From the human T2T-CHM13v2.0 reference genome, Homo sapiens, in the NCBI RefSeq assembly GCF_009914755.1, contig NC_060932.1: a stretch of 64,000 nucleotides of DNA. One strand, 5' to 3'. The notes below the pieces were generated by a model that was given only the letters and a program-made list of their open reading frames with translations, searched no databases and was not told where the DNA came from. Numbering within the stretch: position 1 is the stretch's first letter; every line of letters starts with the position of its first letter. The position numbers were made by a program, and so were the translations under genes. This document shows, one piece after another, positions 1 to 18,206 of this stretch.

Positions 1-2882
<2,882 letters not shown>

Positions 2883-3446
2883 GATCACACTTTAAAGACC
2901 AAAAGGTAGAAGCGCAAAGACGTTATCTGTCCAATATTACAAACCTAGTAAGTGGTGGAATTTGGCCTTGAACCCAGATCTGTAACTCCAGAGCCGAAGT
3001 GCTTCACCCACCTCCCTGTGGTGCCTCTACAGAAAAAGAGGTAAGCAGGCATTCCGAAAGCTGGTGGGCCGGGGGGCTGGCCTTGTACTCAGAAGCCATG
3101 GAAGTCCCACGTGGGGTGGCTAGTGGTGTAAGGACAGAGGTCTCGGATGGGCAGAGGGATGTGGACAGGCGCGAGGGCGCGCGGCAGGGACTCGGGGGAC
3201 TGGGAGTGGCGGCTCGGGGCTGCGGGAGGCGATTGGTGGAAGGACAGAGGTCTGGGAGGGGCAGAGGGATGTGGACAGGCCCGAGGGGCCGCGGCAGGGA
3301 TTCCGGGGGACCGGGAGTGGGGGGTTGGGGTTACTCTTGGCTTTTTGCCCTCTCCTGCCGCCGGCTGCTCCAGTTTCTTTCGCTTTGCGGCGAGGTGGGC
3401 AGGGTGAGCTCTCGGGACTGATGGCGGTTTTGGAAGAGGCCTGGGG

Positions 3447-5474
3447 CTAAGGACAGGCCAGGGCGGCGGGAGAGGCGGACCGGTGGCGTGGCTGGATCTG
3501 GGCGCGCTGTCGGACCTTCCACATCACCAGCTGCAGGCAGGCGTTTGCGTCCTCGCTGGAGTTGTGGCCGTCCTGGCTGTCCTGGATGATCTGTGCCAGG
3601 TAGTCGGCCGCGAGATTCCTGAGGGAGCGCTTGTAGGGGAAACCCAGGTAGTGCGGGAAGAGCACGGCCGTGTCCACCACGGTGCTGTGGATGAGCTTCA
3701 GGGCCAGCAGGTCGCTCTCCAGGCTGTGCCCGATGAGGATGGTTTGGGCGCTGAAAAAGCTCAGCAGGATGGCTTGGACTTGGGGCAACGTGATGCTCGT
3801 CTTGGCGACGTCGGCCTCGGTGACTCCGGAAAACCTGGTGTTGTAGTCCACGATCTCGTTGTCGGGCTTGACGAAGGTGTCGTACACCACTCGCATGTCG
3901 GCGTCCACCACGGTGACGCGGGTCAGCTCTAGGCCATGCGTGGTGTAGCACATCTCACAGTCCAAGGCATAGATTCCTGGATAAGCGTCTCTGGACAACT
4001 CTTTCTTGAAGGTCTCCACGAAGCCATCGAGGCTCTCCTTGCGGCCGTCCCGCACGTGCTGCTTTGCCACCTGGCAGCCCACAGAGCCAGGAGCAGCTGC
4101 ACAGCAGGTGTACTGGCTAACCCGGCCTCCAGCCACCTGGCTCGAGCGGACCCGCCCCCAGTGATAATAACACAACTGGTCGCGTACACAGCGGCCCGAG
4201 GAGGACACCAGGTACTCGGTGCCACAACGGCAGCAGACCCTGCAGGAGGAGTCGCCGGGCCCCTTCCCCTGGCCAGTGAAGAGGACGGCGCCTCCGGGCC
4301 GCTCGGGGTGCGGGAAGGGGTAGCCGTTCTCCTTGAGCTGGTCCTGGGTGAGCAGGAACTCCTGGAGGCGGCTGTACAGGGCGGCCCTGCTGAGGCCGGG
4401 CATGGAGCTGGGGGTCAGGCCCTTCAGTCTCTTGAGGGTGTTCAGGACCACGTTCAGGTACCTGTTCTTGTTGGGGCTGCAGTCGTAGGCCACCTTCTCC
4501 TCGTTCAGCGCCTTCTCCTCGGCCTCCTGCTTGGAGGCGCAGAACTTGAGACACTCTTCGGTGAACAGTTGGAGATAGCCTCGGCGGAGGACGGTGGGGA
4601 CTTGGCACCCAGAGCTTCGGAGGATAATGGGTTTCTTCAAACTCAAACTCGGTAAGGATGCACGACGGACGATTCGCTTAGAGCTGGTGGTGGCGGTGGT
4701 CTTGCATGCCATCCCTGACCTGTTGCGCGTCTTCCCTGGCTGTCTGCCGACCTTGGAGCCACGGGAGCGTTGGCTGCTGCTGGCCACCCGGGTTCTCTTG
4801 GCATCTGTGTAACCTGTGACCAAGCAAGGGCTGGAAGAGTGGGCGATCGTCTTCCTCTTCCTGGGGGCTGAGATGCGGACTCCCGAGGGCCTCTCTGTCA
4901 GCCTTGGGGCGGCTGGCAAGCGGCAGGCCGATCCCCTCTGCGCAGGGAAGTAGCACGACTCCGTCACCATCTTGGGCCACGCTGGGGGCACCGCCGGACC
5001 CCTGTTCTGGGGCTCCGCCTGGATGTCCACAAATGCTGAGGCCTGCTTGTGCATCTGGGGCACCCAGAGCCCGAAGCTCTGGGCAGGCTGATGAGAGGGC
5101 AGTGGGAATTCTGGAGCCTCGAGGGCCGCCTCCTCGGCCACCTTCTTAGCTTCTGGGTATCCAGGTGGGAACCAGCAGGGAGCTGTGGCTCGCAACATCT
5201 TGCTGCCTTCGGGAGCACCGGCCGGGCTCTGCTCCGCTCCCAAATGGCGGCTTGCCTCCGGGGCCGCCTCCTTGGCCACCTTCTTAGCTTCTGGGTATCC
5301 AGGGCGGAACCAGCAGGGAGCTGTGGCTCGCAACATCTTGCTGCCTTCGGGAGCACCGGCCTGGCTCTGCTCCCCTCCCAAATGGCGGCTTGCCTCCAGG
5401 GCCGCCTCCTCGGCCACCTTCTTAGCTTCTGGGTATCCAGGGGGGAACCAGCAGGGAGCTGTGGCTCGCAACAT
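3447..5474 (-). CDS. REXO1L1: REXO1-like exonuclease GOR, copy 1 (675 aa from first ATG, intronless; often annotated as a pseudogene)
   Basis: Open frame with DEDDh motifs [23 protein letters not shown]; Cys/His cluster; 3x46-aa N-terminal repeat; the ORF-track start at 5519 is a TTG. Confidence 0.88.
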   Translation of the reverse strand: MLRATAPCWFPPGYPEAKKVAEEAALEASRHLGGEQSQAGAPEGSKMLRATAPCWFRPGYPEAKKVAKEAAPEASRHLGAEQSPAGAPEGSKMLRATAPCWFPPGYPEAKKVAEEAALEAPEFPLPSHQPAQSFGLWVPQMHKQASAFVDIQAEPQNRGPAVPPAWPKMVTESCYFPAQRGSACRLPAAPRLTERPSGVRISAPRKRKTIAHSSSPCLVTGYTDAKRTRVASSSQRSRGSKVGRQPGKTRNRSGMACKTTATTSSKRIVRRASLPSLSLKKPIILRSSGCQVPTVLRRGYLQLFTEECLKFCASKQEAEEKALNEEKVAYDCSPNKNRYLNVVLNTLKRLKGLTPSSMPGLSRAALYSRLQEFLLTQDQLKENGYPFPHPERPGGAVLFTGQGKGPGDSSCRVCCRCGTEYLVSSSGRCVRDQLCYYHWGRVRSSQVAGGRVSQYTCCAAAPGSVGCQVAKQHVRDGRKESLDGFVETFKKELSRDAYPGIYALDCEMCYTTHGLELTRVTVVDADMRVVYDTFVKPDNEIVDYNTRFSGVTEADVAKTSITLPQVQAILLSFFSAQTILIGHSLESDLLALKLIHSTVVDTAVLFPHYLGFPYKRSLRNLAADYLAQIIQDSQDGHNSSEDANACLQLVMWKVRQRAQIQPRHRSASPAALACP

Positions 5475-5529
5475 CTTGCTGCCTTCGGGAGCACCGGCCT
5501 GGCTCTGCTCCTCTCCCAACTGGCGGCTT
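5116..5529 (-). repeat. 138-bp (46-codon) tandem repeat x3 at the gene 5' end, present in every copy
   Basis: [10 protein letters not shown](P/R)[10 protein letters not shown] repeated three times; ATGs 138 bp apart. Confidence 0.95.
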
Positions 5530-5530
5530 C

Positions 5531-5691
5531 AATGAGTGCTGCGGCCGCCACTTGTCGCCTTTATATAGGCACAGGGCAGACTGGGTGGGACTTCTCCTTG
5601 ATAGGTTGGTGCTTCAGTCCAATCACACTGAGCCTCATCTTCCACCAGACTCCAGCTTGGGAATGCCTCAGGGGGTGCGCTAATGGAATCA
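5531..5691 (-). promoter_or_regulatory. Core promoter, copy 1 (TATA, CCAAT, Inr, DUX4-type motif)
   Basis: TATATAAA ~30 bp upstream of a TCATT initiator-like motif; CCAAT box; TAATGGAATCA at 5681-5691. Confidence 0.65.
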
Positions 5692-6013
5692 ACTGGAACT
5701 CCCGGTTGCTAAACTTGGAGCTAGGTTGCTTTTCCTGAGTTAAGTAACTGTCCCTGCAGGGCAGTCCTATAATGGCTACTGGAATTGGGCTACCTAGGAT
5801 TAAATTAAGGTTCAGGGAGGTTGGTCAACTTGCTTGGGCCCACACAGCACCCCTTGGAGCCAGGACTGGGCCAGCAGTCTGCTGCATGCTGGAGGGCGGG
5901 ATCCCTCTGGGGCTGCCTTTCCCTGCTCTGTGCACTCCGCCGCTGCGGGCAAATTGAGGACAGGAAGCGGACCGCACCCACTTCTCTCCCAGGACTTGGG
6001 CAATGTTCAACAC

Positions 6014-6900
6014 AGGTGGTCTTCCAAAGGTTCATAGAAAATGCACATGGTGAAGAAACTATGCATGGATTTCCACTGGTTTGCACTAAAATAAACTTGT
6101 CCTAACTTCTGATAACCTTTCTGAACTAGATCTAGTTTGAGGCACTAAGAAGGATGAGACATCCACTGAAAAGGACTCCCGTCAGAGCAACTTGAATTCC
6201 ACGAAAATTGCAGCAAGAGGAAACATCAAATTTATGGTGAAGCTTGGGTGGAAGATTGAAGAAATCATTGACGTTTTAAGAAAAGCTTGTAAGGACACTA
6301 CCCCAAAGAAATGAACTCTTTACGAATGTATAGCTTGTTTCAAGAAGAGGTGAGAAGATGTGGAAGATGAATCCTTCAGTGGCTGTGAAAACCACTGTGC
6401 CCAGATCAGCCGCAGTTACGACGAGAGCTATCAGTGGAAATTTTAAACAGGAGGGATCACGATCCTGACGCATCCCTCTGACAAATTGTAAGCGGCAGTT
6501 GGAACATGGCTTCACCAATATGATCTCGAAGGCAAAGCATCATGAAAGCGATGGCTACCAAGAGGTGGCAGTGGTCCAGTCAAAGGAAAAGGAGGCCAGT
6601 CAGGAGCCCACATCATGGCATCAGTGTTTTGGGACACTCAACGCATTTTGCTTGTTGACTTTCTGAAAGGCCAAACATCTGCTTATTAGGAGAGTGTTCT
6701 GAGAAGCTTAGATAAAGCTTTGGTAGAAACATGCTGGGAAAGTCTCACTAGATCCTTGTTCACCACATCAATGCTCTGCTCATTCCTCTCATCAAACAAG
6801 GGCAATTTTGTCAGTTTCAATGGGCAGTCCTTAGGAATTCACCTTACGGGCTGCTTTCATTCCTTCTAAATTCTTTTTGTTTCCTAATGATAAAAAGTCT
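6014..6900 (+). mobile_element. HSMAR2 mariner DNA transposon remnant (5' TIR plus decayed, internally deleted transposase)
   Basis: TIR-like GGTCTTCCAAAGGTTCATAGAAAATGC; translates to NSTKIAARGNIKFMVKLGWK... and WLPRGGSGPVK...VFWD with stops. Confidence 0.85.
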
Positions 6901-6959
6901 CCTTGCCTTGCTTGGAAAGATGAGAGAAAGTCTCCTTGCCTTGTTTGGACAGATGAGAG
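6894..6959 (+). repeat. 33-bp direct duplication at the HSMAR2 break
   Basis: AAAGTCTCCTTGCCTTGYTTGGAMAGATGAGAG x2. Confidence 0.85.
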
Positions 6960-9169
6960 ATGAGATCCTCCTCTTCTCTCCCAGGACAGAATGGTGAGAC
7001 TTGAGTTTCCTTTCTCCTCACTCTTCTCCTCCTTGAGGGAGCTGCTGTGCCGGACAGACCTGCCCCCGTGTCTAGACACTGGTAGACTCGTTTAAGTTCC
7101 TCACAGGCAATCCTCCATGGGGTCAAAGTGGAAGGACTTATTTCTTCAGGGCTCAGTAGTCCACATCCTGGCGCGCACCTTCACCAGCCCAGGGCGGGGT
7201 AGAGGAGGGTGAAAGGGCGTGGCTCACAGCCCGCTTCTTCCGCTCGGGCGTATCCTGGGAGGAACCCTTGTCCGGTGAGCATGTCTTCGTCTCTACCAAA
7301 TTCCCTAGTGGGACATTTCTGGCAGCCCTACTTGTTCAGCAGCTTACGGGGGTCAGGTGGACCTCTGCTAGTCACCAGCCTGAAGCCCTTTCTCCATTTC
7401 AGCTATTTTGGCAGTTGCCTAGGTGACTTTTGAACCTCATTATCCAGAACAGCAAACGGACGAGGGGTGAGAAGAGTGGCCGTCTGGGTTTGCAGCATAG
7501 TGCCGCCTTCTAGGAGTTGTGCAGTCTTCGATTGTGTGAAACTTCACCTGGCTGATTTGTGGCAATGCCTCCACAAATTCGCTAAATTCAGTAGCTTTTG
7601 CCTTCCAAGATTCATTTACACAATGTTGAATGCTTTAAATGAATGAGCATGAAGAGTGCTGGGCTGGAAAGTGATGAGATGGGTGGTAGGGACTCCTCGG
7701 AGTAGAGGAGTAGAGTTTTACTATTATGACTAGGAGGCAAATAAAAAGAAGCTGAACGTGATCCATAATAAAAGAAGCACACACTCACAGAGCTCCATAC
7801 CAACTACATTAAAATGGAAATCATGATATTTGGAAATACAACTTAATTGGAAATCATTAAGTAATCTCATCAACCTTTTTACAGTGGGTGGCAGGGCTAT
7901 GGAGGGAAAACAGCAATGGTTCTGGCACCTACTTAACTTGATTCCATTAAATTCACCCAACAGGCCTCCAGAGAACATATTACTGCTTTGATATTACAAA
8001 GGGAAAAACAGCTATGGCGTCTCTGAAAAGCACAACGTGCTAGGACTGGAATGACTTTAAAACCACACATAAATTTCTGAGAGATTTTTGCCATAAGGTA
8101 CCATCCACCTTACTGTAAACCACATCCTAAAATTGTCTGCAGTGCAAATGGATTATGTGCATCCAACAGGAAACAGCATAGGTTGAGAAGCTGTTACTTA
8201 ATAGCTTCATTGTCACCACGAGTGTAAAGTGTGGGGTCTCATCACTTTTGCACCCACGTTTTGCCTGTTGGTTTCTCCACACTGTCAGGAGCATTTGACC
8301 AACTCACTGTGGCTCAGGGTCCCTTACGCAGCCTGTTGGGGAAACCAGTGGGTATTGAAGACCTGCCTCTGGTGTGCCAGGAGGTTGTGCCTGCCGGCCA
8401 CTCTGACTTGCGATCTTCCGCCTCAGTGTATGGCTTCCTACACCTGGGTAATTAACATTGCCAGCATGATAAGGAGGTCCTTTCATCACTATTGCCACTA
8501 GTCCTTCCGACTCCTGTGCCCTGTTTCTCCTTTATTGGAACCCAAGAACGAGTAAACATAGCATTTTCAAACATCCCGCCCCCTTCCCTGGTAACACCAA
8601 TATTCCACCATCCTAATTCCCTCACAAGCATTGAGTCTCTCCACCCTGAGGTGGTGAAATCCCTGCAGGCATTTATAAGTATACCTGGACAGAAGAAATA
8701 CAAGATACCGTTCTATTAACTCAATATAGTGTTGCTAAGTTCGTACTTGTGCTTGGTTTATGTTATTTTATAAATACGTATCACTCGCATGGTTCCAAAT
8801 GCGGTAGGCACAGAGAGTATATATGATGGAATTACATCCTCCTTCCCTGCACTCAGCAACCGAGATCTTCCCGCTACGGGCACTCAAAGGTTTCATTGTC
8901 TGAAATATCAGCCTAAACGTAGTTTATGTTTAGGAAGCAACAACCGTAAATAGGCCCACATCCAAACGGAGTGGATTTAGGTTTCACTTTTTCAAGGAAA
9001 AACCATCAAAGAATTTTTCCACATACTTATAAACCATCCCACGTATAGAATCCATTTTTACTGACACAAATTTAGTACCAATAAACGACTCTTCTTCTCA
9101 ATTTGTTTTATTTAACAATAAGTCTTGAACGTCATTCCCAGTTAACATTTTGAAGAGTTTCCTCTCTTT

Positions 9170-9330
9170 CGTTCTGTTTTAGCTGCAAAGTATTCTTCCG
9201 TAAGGATGAACGTACTATAATTTATTAGCCAGCCACTTAGTGATGTACAATTAAGCAGTTTTAAATCTTTGACTCTTGAAAATATTGTTTCTCACACATA
9301 AATATTTCTATAAAATAAATTAGTTGAATT
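9170..9330 (-). mobile_element. Probable ancient L1ME-like fragment
   Basis: TAGCTGCAAAGTATTC...ATAATTTATTAGCCAG...TGATGTACA resembles an L1M 3' end. Confidence 0.45.
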
Positions 9331-9339
9331 AGAATTGTT

Positions 9340-9552
9340 GGAGTTCAAGACCAGCCTGGCCAACATGGTGAAACCCCATCTCTACTAGAAACACAAAATT
9401 AGCCGGACATGCCGGTACATGCCTCTAATCTCAGGTGAGGCAGGAGAATCACTTCAACCTGGGAGGCAGAGGTTGTAGTGACTCGAAATCACGCCACTGC
9501 ACTCCAGCCTGGGCGACGCGAGCGAAACTCTGTCTCAAAAAACCAAAAAAAA
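9340..9552 (+). mobile_element. 5'-truncated Alu (AluS-like)
   Basis: GGAGTTCAAGACCAGCCTGGCCAACATGGTGAAACCCC...CACTGCACTCCAGCCTGGGCGAC plus A tail. Confidence 0.9.
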
Positions 9553-9564
9553 TTAAACATAAAA

Positions 9565-10420
9565 AGAAAAGCGGTACATATTCCCAATAGAACACAATTC
9601 AGCCTTAAAAAAGAAAGAAATCATCTCATTGGCAACACGAATGAGCCTAGAGGATGGTACACTGAGTGAAAGAAAGCAAAGGCCAGGCACGGTGGCTCAT
9701 GCCTGTAATCCCAGTACTTTGGGAGGCCAAGGCAGGTGGAAGCGTTGAGCCCAGGAGTTGGAGATGAACCTGGGCAACATGGTGAAACCCCATCTCTAAA
9801 AGAAACACAAAAATTAGCCAAGTGTGGCGTTGGACGCCTGTAGTCCTAGCTATTCAGGAGGCTGAAGCGGGAGGAACTCTCGACCCCGGGAGGTGGAGGC
9901 CGTGGTGGGTGAGTGAGCCGTGTTTGTGTCACTGTACTCCAGCCTGGGTGACAGACTGAGACCCTGTCTCAAAAAATAAATAATTACATAATAAAATTTA
10001 AAAAGCAAGCACAAAAAGACAAATACTGCATGATCTCACTTATATGTGCAATCTCAAACAATGCAACTCATAGCTGTAGAGAGCAGAACGGTGGTTACCC
10101 GAGGCAGGGGTCAGGGAGGGACTGGAGAGATGATAGTCTCATGATACAAAATTTCAGAGAGGAATGGTTCTAGAGATCTATTGAACAGCCTGGCATCTAC
10201 AGTGTATAACTATGTATTGTATACTTGAAAATTGCTATAAGAGTAGATTTTAGACATGTCCTCATCACATTAAAATCAGTATGTGAGGAAACGAGTGTGT
10301 TAATTAGCTTGATTTTGTCATTCCACAATGTATACACGTATGAAACATCATGTTGTATGCCATAAATATATATAATTTTTATTTGTCAAGTTAAAATTAA
10401 AATTCATATAAATTATAAAA
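9565..10420 (+). mobile_element. Old L1M (L1MA/MB-like) 3' end, interrupted by the AluJ; repeated in each unit
   Basis: CAGCCTTAAAAAAGAAAGAAATC...AAAGACAAATACTGCATGATCTCACTTATATGTG...ATTGTATACTTGAAAATTGCTA. Confidence 0.8.
9681..9990 (+). mobile_element. Full-length Alu (AluJ-like) inserted in an L1M fragment
   Basis: GGCCAGGCACGGTGGCTCATGCCTGTAATCCCAG...TTGAGCCCAGGAGTT; possible TSD AAAGCAA. Confidence 0.9.
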
Positions 10421-10614
10421 ATAAAATGAAATAACATACACTACAAAAGACGTTTATTTATTAAATCCCCACAGAAGGGGTCTAAGTGATAAAGGAAAAT
10501 AAAATTCCGGGAACGGTAAAATCAATCAGAAATGCCCTACTTCAGTGCTTTCCGAAATTTGTCTGACAGAGTGGAAATCCAGTTTTTCACTAAGTCACTG
10601 TTCTGGAACAGTTT

Positions 10615-10736
10615 GTGTGTGTGTATGTATGTGTGTGAGGGCTCACATACACAAATTGAACTAATGGAAGTGTAAGCATTCAAATTATCAGTTTAATTTA
10701 GTTCTATACATATACACACACACACACTCACACACC
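10615..10736. repeat. Short (TG)n and (CA)n microsatellite tracts
   Basis: gtgtgtgtgtatgtatgtgtgtg and tacacacacacacactcacacac. Confidence 0.7.
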
Positions 10737-10944
10737 GAAAACATTGATAAAATCAGCCATTCCAGCAAAACTAGCTACTTAGTGTCTATCTCTCCTTGAA
10801 GATTCAAACTAGAAATGAGGATTTAGAGAGGCATGATGGTTCGTTCTCTCTTGGAGCCCAGTTCGAAGTTGACTGACTGATTCAGTCATTGTAATTGGTT
10901 GGTCTTGGGGAAGAATCCACTTTGACTCTTGGGAAGTCAGCTAG

Positions 10945-11170
10945 GTCAGCGGACAGAGCAGGGGCTCTGGAGCCAGACTGCCTGCACCCGACTTCTAGCT
11001 ATGATACCTTGGATAAACTACTTATCACCTGGGCTTCAGGTTCCTCATCTGTAAAATGGGGATAAGAATGCTATCTCTCTCACAACTATTAGGAGGACTG
11101 ACTGGGTTAATACGTGCAAAGTACCAAGTACATAAGAAACCAACAGCCAGTGCTCATTACAATCATTATT
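10945..11170 (+). mobile_element. MIR SINE (also at ~23139, ~35328, ~36967, ~49161, ~61355)
   Basis: GGCTCTGGAGCCAGACTGCCTG...TTCCTCATCTGTAAAATGGGGATAA core. Confidence 0.85.
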
Positions 11171-11309
11171 ATTTTGGGCAAGTTAAGCCGCACGGTTTCT
11201 TTAGGTATAAAATTAGGCTTTATTTACCTACCTGTTGGGTTGTTCCAAGGATTAATCACATAGTGTTCATGAATTCCCTTTATAAACTATTATAGAAAAG
11301 AAATATAGT

Positions 11310-11403
11310 TAACATTAATTGAACACCTACTATGTGCGATCGTTTTAAGGCTTGCCATGTGCTGCTTCATTCAGTCCGCACCATGACATTAGGATCACAC
11401 TTT
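11310..11403 (-). mobile_element. MIR 3' part, split from its 5' part (15076-15200) by the L1PA insertion
   Basis: AACATTAATTGAACACCTACTATGTGC... continues after the L1 as ...CTAGTAAGTGGTGG...GAACCCAGATCTGTAACTCCAGAGCC. Confidence 0.65.
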
Positions 11404-15075
<3,672 letters not shown>

Positions 15076-15639
15076 GATCACACTTTAAAGACCAAAAGGT
15101 AGAAGCGCAAAGACGTTATCTGTCCAATATTACAAACCTAGTAAGTGGTGGAATTTGGCCTTGAACCCAGATCTGTAACTCCAGAGCCGAAGTGCTTCAC
15201 CCACCTCCCTGTGGTGCCTCTACAGAAAAAGAGGTAAGCAGGCATTCCGAAAGCTGGTGGGCCGGGGGGCTGGCCTTGTACTCAGAAGCCATGGAAGTCC
15301 CACGTGGGGTGGCTAGTGGTGTAAGGACAGAGGTCTCGGATGGGCAGAGGGATGTGGACAGGCGCGAGGGCGCGCGGCAGGGACTCGGGGGACTGGGAGT
15401 GGCGGCTCGGGGCTGCGGGAGGCGATTGGTGGAAGGACAGAGGTCTGGGAGGGGCAGAGGGATGTGGACAGGCCCGAGGGGCCGCGGCAGGGATTCCGGG
15501 GGACCGGGAGTGGGGGGTTGGGGTTACTCTTGGCTTTTTGCCCTCTCCTGACGCCGGCTGCTCCAGTTTCTTTCGCTTTGCGGCGAGGTGGGCAGGGTGA
15601 GCTCTCGGGACTGATGGCGGTTTTGGAAGAGGCCTGGGG

Positions 15640-17667
15640 CTAAGGACAGGCCAGGGCGGCGGGAGAGGCGGACCGGTGGCGTGGCTGGATCTGGGCGCGC
15701 TGTCGGACCTTCCACATCACCAGCTGCAGGCAGGCGTTTGCGTCCTCGCTGGAGTTGTGGCCGTCCTGGCTGTCCTGGATGATCTGTGCCAGGTAGTCGG
15801 CCGCGAGATTCCTGAGGGAGCGCTTGTAGGGGAAACCCAGGTAGTGCGGGAAGAGCACGGCCGTGTCCACCACGGTGCTGTGGATGAGCTTCAGGGCCAG
15901 CAGGTCGCTCTCCAGGCTGTGCCCGATGAGGATGGTTTGGGCGCTGAAAAAGCTCAGCAGGATGGCTTGGACTTGGGGCAACGTGATGCTCGTCTTGGCG
16001 ACGTCGGCCTCGGTGACTCCGGAAAACCTGGTGTTGTAGTCCACGATCTCGTTGTCGGGCTTGACGAAGGTGTCGTACACCACTCGCATGTCGGCGTCCA
16101 CCACGGTGACGCGGGTCAGCTCTAGGCCATGCGTGGTGTAGCACATCTCACAGTCCAAGGCGTAGATTCCTGGATAAGCGTCTCTGGACAACTCTTTCTT
16201 GAAGGTCTCCACGAAGCCATCGAGGCTCTCCTTGCGGCCGTCCCGCACGTGCTGCTTTGCCACCTGGCAGCCCACAGAGCCAGGAGCAGCTGCACAGCAG
16301 GTGTACTGGCTAACCCGGCCTCCAGCCACCTGGCTCGAGCGGACCCGCCCCCAGTGATAATAACACAACTGGTCGCGTACACAGCGGCCCGAGGAGGACA
16401 CCAGGTACTCGGTGCCACAACGGCAGCAGACCCTGCAGGAGGAGTCGCCGGGCCCCTTCCCCTGGCCAGTGAAGAGGACGGCGCCTCCGGGCCGCTCGGG
16501 GTGCGGGAAGGGGTAGCCGTTCTCCTTGAGCTGGTCCTGGGTGAGCAGGAACTCCTGGAGGCGGCTGTACAGGGCGGCCCTGCTGAGGCCGGGCATGGAG
16601 CTGGGGGTCAGGCCCTTCAGTCTCTTGAGGGTGTTCAGGACCACGTTCAGGTACCTGTTCTTGTTGGGGCTGCAGTCGTAGGCCACCTTCTCCTCGTTCA
16701 GCGCCTTCTCCTCGGCCTCCTGCTTGGAGGCGCAGAACTTGAGACACTCTTCGGTGAACAGTTGGAGATAGCCTCGGCGGAGGACGGTGGGGACTTGGCA
16801 CCCAGAGCTTCGGAGGATAATGGGTTTCTTCAAACTCAAACTCGGTAAGGATGGACGACGGACGATTCGCTTAGAGCTGGTGGTGGCGGTGGTCTTGCAT
16901 GCCATCCCTGACCTGTTGCGCGTCTTCCCTGGCTGTCTGCCGACCTTGGAGCCACGGGAGCGTTGGCTGCTGCTGGCCACCCGGGTTCTCTTGGCATCTG
17001 TGTAACCTGTGACCAAGCAAGGGCTGGAAGAGTGGGCGATCGTCTTCCTCTTCCTGGGGGCTGAGATGCGGACTCCCGAGGGCCTCTCTGTCAGCCTTGG
17101 GGCGGCTGGCAAGCGGCAGGCCGATCCCCTCTGCGCAGGGAAGTAGCACGACTCCGTCACCATCTTGGGCCACGCTGGGGGCACCGCCGGACCCCTGTTC
17201 TGGGGCTCCGCCTGGATGTCCACAAATGCTGAGGCCTGCTTGTGCATCTGGGGCACCCAGAGCCCGAAGCTCTGGGCAGGCTGATGAGAGGGCAGTGGGA
17301 ATTCTGGAGCCTCGAGGGCCGCCTCCTCGGCCACCTTCTTAGCTTCTGGGTATCCAGGTGGGAACCAGCAGGGAGCTGTGGCTCGCAACATCTTGCTGCC
17401 TTCGGGAGCACCGGCCGGGCTCTGCTCCGCTCCCAAATGGCGGCTTGCCTCCGGGGCCGCCTCCTTGGCCACCTTCTTAGCTTCTGGGTATCCAGGGCGG
17501 AACCAGCAGGGAGCTGTGGCTCGCAACATCTTGCTGCCTTCGGGAGCACCGGCCTGGCTCTGCTCCCCTCCCAAATGGCGGCTTGCCTCCAGGGCCGCCT
17601 CCTCGGCCACCTTCTTAGCTTCTGGGTATCCAGGGGGGAACCAGCAGGGAGCTGTGGCTCGCAACAT
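15640..17667 (-). CDS. REXO1L1: REXO1-like exonuclease GOR, copy 2 (P272 variant)
   Basis: Same 675-aa ORF; IVRRPSL instead of IVRRASL. Confidence 0.88.
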   Translation of the reverse strand: MLRATAPCWFPPGYPEAKKVAEEAALEASRHLGGEQSQAGAPEGSKMLRATAPCWFRPGYPEAKKVAKEAAPEASRHLGAEQSPAGAPEGSKMLRATAPCWFPPGYPEAKKVAEEAALEAPEFPLPSHQPAQSFGLWVPQMHKQASAFVDIQAEPQNRGPAVPPAWPKMVTESCYFPAQRGSACRLPAAPRLTERPSGVRISAPRKRKTIAHSSSPCLVTGYTDAKRTRVASSSQRSRGSKVGRQPGKTRNRSGMACKTTATTSSKRIVRRPSLPSLSLKKPIILRSSGCQVPTVLRRGYLQLFTEECLKFCASKQEAEEKALNEEKVAYDCSPNKNRYLNVVLNTLKRLKGLTPSSMPGLSRAALYSRLQEFLLTQDQLKENGYPFPHPERPGGAVLFTGQGKGPGDSSCRVCCRCGTEYLVSSSGRCVRDQLCYYHWGRVRSSQVAGGRVSQYTCCAAAPGSVGCQVAKQHVRDGRKESLDGFVETFKKELSRDAYPGIYALDCEMCYTTHGLELTRVTVVDADMRVVYDTFVKPDNEIVDYNTRFSGVTEADVAKTSITLPQVQAILLSFFSAQTILIGHSLESDLLALKLIHSTVVDTAVLFPHYLGFPYKRSLRNLAADYLAQIIQDSQDGHNSSEDANACLQLVMWKVRQRAQIQPRHRSASPAALACP

Positions 17668-17723
17668 CTTGCTGCCTTCGGGAGCACCGGCCTGGCTCTG
17701 CTCCTCTCCCAACTGGCGGCTTC

Positions 17724-17884
17724 AATGAGTGCTGCGGCCGCCACTTGTCGCCTTTATATAGGCACAGGGCAGACTGGGTGGGACTTCTCCTTGATAGGTT
17801 GGTGCTTCAGTCCAATCACACTGAGCCTCATCTTCCACCAGACTCCAGCTTGGGAATGCCTCAGGGGGTGCGCTAATGGAATCA
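17724..17884 (-). promoter_or_regulatory. Core promoter, copy 2
   Basis: Same motifs as copy 1. Confidence 0.65.
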
Positions 17885-18206
17885 ACTGGAACTCCCGGTT
17901 GCTAAACTTGGAGCTAGGTTGCTTTTCCTGAGTTAAGTAACTGTCCCTGCAGGGCAGTCCTATAATGGCTACTGGAATTGGGCTACCTAGGATTAAATTA
18001 AGGTTCAGGGAGGTTGGTCAACTTGCTTGGGCCCACACAGCACCCCTTGGAGCCAGGACTGGGCCAGCAGTCTGCTGCATGCTGGAGGGCGGGATCCCTC
18101 TGGGGCTGCCTTTCCCTGCTCTGTGCACTCCGCCGCTGCGGGCAAATTGAGGACAGGAAGCGGACCGCACCCACTTCTCTCCCAGGACTTGGGCAATGTT
18201 CAACAC

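Larger units (their letters stand above)
3100..5560. other. CpG island covering the gene body, repeated in each unit
   Basis: Very GC- and CpG-rich by inspection, in contrast to the AT-rich flanks. Confidence 0.75.

Noticed and set aside
5475-5519. 690-aa version of the ORF starting MGEEQ
   Set aside because: It starts at TTG, an alternative-start call in the ORF track; the first ATG gives 675 aa
5116-5529. CRISPR-like regular repeats
   Set aside because: Head-to-tail coding repeat with no unique spacers; eukaryotic context and no cas genes
3331-5738. Long overlapping and antisense ORFs (206, 239, 229, 195 aa)
   Set aside because: Expected shadow ORFs of a GC-rich coding region and a 138-bp repeat; no recognisable motifs
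6831-11295. Short 60-90-aa ORFs conserved across units
   Set aside because: Conservation only reflects near-identity of the units; they overlap Alu, MIR or L1M sequence or lack coding features
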